From: Heptranchias perlo
Taxonomy: Eukaryota
NCBI RefSeq assembly: GCF_035084215.1
Contig: NC_090357.1
Coordinates: 868,001 to 932,000, forward strand
Length of the DNA stretch: 64,000 nt
Direction of reading: 5' to 3'
Shown here: in pieces, positions 60,615-64,000 of the stretch
Numbering within the stretch: the stretch's first letter is position 1
Layout of the letters: every line of letters begins with the position of its first letter
Notes under the pieces: generated by a model
What the model was told of the DNA's origin: nothing
The model's input: only the letters and a program-made list of their open reading frames with translations
The model's database searches: none
Translations under genes and position numbers: made by a program

Positions 60615-60653
60615 ATTCTGGAGCCTGAAGATTGTATGTATGCTGTGGGCCAG
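60615..60653 (+). CDS. HMBS: Porphobilinogen deaminase exon ILEPEDCMYAVGQ
   Basis: 39 nt; ttttcttgtag acceptor, CAG|gtaact donor. Confidence 0.95.
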
Positions 60654-62583
60654 GTAACTGAATTACACCACACTGCTGCACAATTAACGTTTTTGCTGGA
60701 CAGAACCGAGGTACCAGGTTACCAGGTTAGAGGTTCTACAATAGCCTCACAGTGAATGTGTGCATGTTCAATATGGCCAGTCAGACAAAACATCAACTAT
60801 CTTCAAATTAAAGAAAAAATGACTGATGGTTATTAATGAGCCATTGCACCTGATGATATTAATGTGTACCTTATAATGTCAGTAAGTCTGTAACCGGGCA
60901 GGTGCGCTGTTTACATGATGCACTGTAATCTTTTACTGAAACGGCTTAATAGTGGACGGGAAAGGAAGTGAGCTGCAAATGGCTTCCAATCCCGGAGAGG
61001 CTCGCAGGCTGGTCAGGGGACTCGGCCCGCGTTACAATAAATGGCACTGATCCTGGATGCGGGAGATCCCTCCCTGTAGCTGAATAGATCCGGAGGGAAG
61101 GAGTCCTCACCTGGCGACCCTTTGCTGGAGTGAGAAATTTGACAGATTCCTGAGTTGGGTCAGGAAAATGTTATTTATTTTCCAGAAACTAATCATAAAT
61201 ACTTAAGTTCATTGGGACCTCTCTTACAATCTTCTTTCCAAATCTTTTCAGTAGAGATGTGCACTACTTTATAATATGTTTATTTTCTATATATCGAAGG
61301 TACCGCCCAGAGCTGGTCAGACTGATGTCAGACTTTGTTACAATGCAAACCAATCTATAAAAGCCAGGCATTTTATTCTGGAGCCTGAAATTTACAGGCT
61401 ATTTACTGACCTTTGGCCTCAGGAATCTACAAGTGGCTGCAGGGGAACACTTGGGCAGTCGCCTTAAAGGGAAAGGCAGGGTTAGCAGCTAAACATCACA
61501 TCTGTGCTCTAAACCCTAAAGTACCAATGAGCAAATGCTACAGGAGATGCTGTCACTTTTCTAAAAAAAACCTTTCAGCAATGTCCTGCATTTAAAGTTG
61601 TGACTTGTCAAATATCTCCAAGCACTGAACACAGTGGATTACTTCTGATAGTGATTTGTTAAGTGGGTGTAATCATATATTAAATAGACATCTAAAGTAT
61701 ACTTTAAACAAAATGTTCTGCATCTAAATTTTACTTTTCCATTAATAAAATGCTTGATTACTAAATTTTTGAATGTTCACAATCATTGTTTTGTGTTTCT
61801 GAAATTACCAGTTTTATATTCCAGTGTAGTCTTTGTGCCATTTTCAGTCCCATTACAGACCGTTCAGCTTTTAGAAGTCACTTATTGCCCTGCCAACCCA
61901 CACTGCAGCTCACGCATTCTACCTGTACAAATCACCGTGGACAATTGGAGTTAAAAACACAAAATGCTGGACGTACACAGCAGGTTCACCAACATCTGGG
62001 AAAAGAAAAGCAGGTTCATGTCCAGGATTTGTGTCTTTATCAGAACTCAGAGCAACCAAATTCTAAAGAATCTGCAGCAGAGGTGTTCACCTTTTTTCAG
62101 ATGCTGACTGACCTGTTATTTCCAGCATTTTCTCTCTCCATTTCTGGCATTTGTTTGGAAACTTTGACAGTTTTGTATTCCCATTCTTATAGAGCTGCTT
62201 TGTAAAATCAATGATTGCTCTCCTCCAAATCTGTGACATCAATGAATGTCTCAATCTACAGTTTGAGGCAAACGTTTCTTTCATTGTTCGTCAAAAAGAG
62301 ACATTTTCAAATCCACCCACTCCGTCCTTCCTCTGAAATCTTTCCCAGCTACAAGCCTCAGCTCGTCCCCACCACTCTCCTGACTCTGGTCCACTCTCCA
62401 CCCCTGTTTTCTCTCCTCCCCCCCCCCCCCCCCGGCCATCACTAGCAGAGTCTTTAACCGTTAAGGCCCTGCTCTCTAGTGTTCTATTCCCAGATTTCTG
62501 AGCTTCACTACATCTCTTCCATCTTTAAAAAGTCTGCTCAAAACCCCTCTCGTTGACCATGCATTCGACCATCTGCCCTCACT

Positions 62584-63155
62584 CAGTGTTGTCCAATACG
62601 TTAGCCACATGTGGCTATTTGGAAATCCAGATGTGGCTAATTGCATTTCTGATTAGTAAATAAAAACTGAGTATTCGAAGTCTCTATCGACTGTTAATAA
62701 CGAGGGGAGGGAGTCAGAGGTGGAGTCTTCGGGCAGTTTCATTCAGATGATTTTACTGTGCAACATGAAATGTGGTGATCGCACATCATCGCCCCACCCC
62801 CTTCTATATTATTACAAATTATCAAAACACTTCATTAGCAGGATTTGATGTTATAAATTGCTAAACACAGCAACTCACCAGCTTTAAGGAATGTGAATCT
62901 GCTTATCCTTCACCTCTCATCTTCACTGTTTCCAACGGCAAATGGCATTAGCAGGAATGTGGCCGCTATCTGCAGTGGGGACTGTGCCTCCTTGGTTACT
63001 GAATGGCGGGAGATGTTTGTTAAGTAAATACACGCGTTTGAAGAACGTTTACTGGATTATGTGAGGCGTTTTCTGCTAAAATTAGCACGAGGCTAAATCA
63101 ATGTTGCCATAGCAACACCTGTGGCTAGTCAGTGATTTCTATTGGACAAATGCTG
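62584..63155. mobile_element. Non-autonomous hAT-Charlie-like DNA transposon inside an old LINE tail
   Basis: TIRs cagtgttgtccaata / tattggacaaatgctg; subterminal tagccacatgtggcta motif; imperfect 8-bp TSD ccctcact / ccttaact. Confidence 0.65.
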
Positions 63156-63274
63156 CCTTAACTCCCCCTTCCCCACATTGCCTGCCGGTGCCTTAGGAGG
63201 TCTCACTAAGTAAAGGGTGTTGTATAAATCAGGCTGTTGTTGTTAAATGTATTTATGTTGCTATGTGTTTCCAG

Positions 63275-63394
63275 GGTGCCCTGGGCGTAGAAGTGAGAAT
63301 GAATGACTCGGATATCCTGGACATGGTGTCTGCTCTCAATGACACAGAAACAGTCCTGCGCTGCATCGCTGAGCGTTCCTTCATGAAGCACCTG
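63275..63394 (+). CDS. HMBS: Porphobilinogen deaminase exon [40 protein letters not shown]
   Basis: 120 nt; matches human [21 protein letters not shown]; gene continues beyond the window. Confidence 0.96.
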
Positions 63395-63821
63395 GTACAG
63401 TTAAAAATACATAAAACTGCTGCCGTGCTCCAGAAATCACCTGGTTCTCAGCAGTTTCCAGCTTACAAAACTGTGGAAATGTATAGTCCACTTGGCCATA
63501 GGTGAGGTGGCCGCCTGCTGCGATAAAGGGGCAACCTGAAACAAAGTCATAAAATACTGGAAGTAAGCAGGAGGCCAGTCAGCATCTGAAGGAGAAAGGC
63601 AGATTAACATATTGGGCATGGCCTTTGAACCCAAAATGCTAACCTGTCCTCTGCATTTCCTGTTTTCTTTGCGAGCCTGCCGTACCATTCATGCTTTATC
63701 CTCTGCTTCCACCCCTATACCTGTGCTTGTCACTGGTGGTGGGCCTTCTTGAACCACTGCAGTCTGAGTGGTATTTTTTGTACCGGTTTGATACAACTGA
63801 GGAGCTTGCTAGGGCACTTTA

Positions 63822-64000
63822 TAAGAACATAAGAAATAGGAGCAGGAGTAGGCCATTCGGCCCCTCGAGCCTGCTCCGCCATTCAATCAGATCATGGCTG
63901 ATCTTCGACCTCAACTCCACTTTCCCGCCCGATCCCCATATCCCTTGATTCCCTTAGAGTCCGAAAATCTATCGATCTCAGCCTTGAATATATTCAACAA
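63822..64000 (-). mobile_element. CR1 LINE 3' UTR end
   Basis: ataagaacataagaaataggagcaggagtaggccattcgg terminal pattern. Confidence 0.85.

Overview
Repeat-rich vertebrate genomic DNA, most likely a shark or other cartilaginous fish (dense CR1 LINEs, SacSINE1/Deu-type SINEs, Penelope elements, a dispersed 63/67-bp minisatellite). Three spliced genes can be reconstructed by hand, and the ORF track shows only fragments of them. (1) A complete 4-exon small exchangeable apolipoprotein gene (+, about 10.0-15.8 kb, 94 aa, ApoA-II/ApoC-III-like) with a TATA/HNF1/GATA-type promoter. (2) An uncharacterised gene of about 15 coding exons (-, 52710 to 25262, about 566 aa) with consistent splice phases and no family I can recognise. 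(3) Six internal exons of porphobilinogen deaminase (HMBS, +, 53456-63394), whose 5' part apparently lies in a 200-N gap. Notable features: a U12-type minor intron in HMBS; near-identical inverted CR1 copies bracketing two HMBS exons, one of which supplies an exon's polypyrimidine tract; two Penelope-derived fold-back insertions with TSDs, each carrying paired minimal hammerhead ribozymes on opposite strands; and several minisatellites seeded from TE segments or from a stop codon. All assignments are from reading the sequence and remembered family features; no searches were run.
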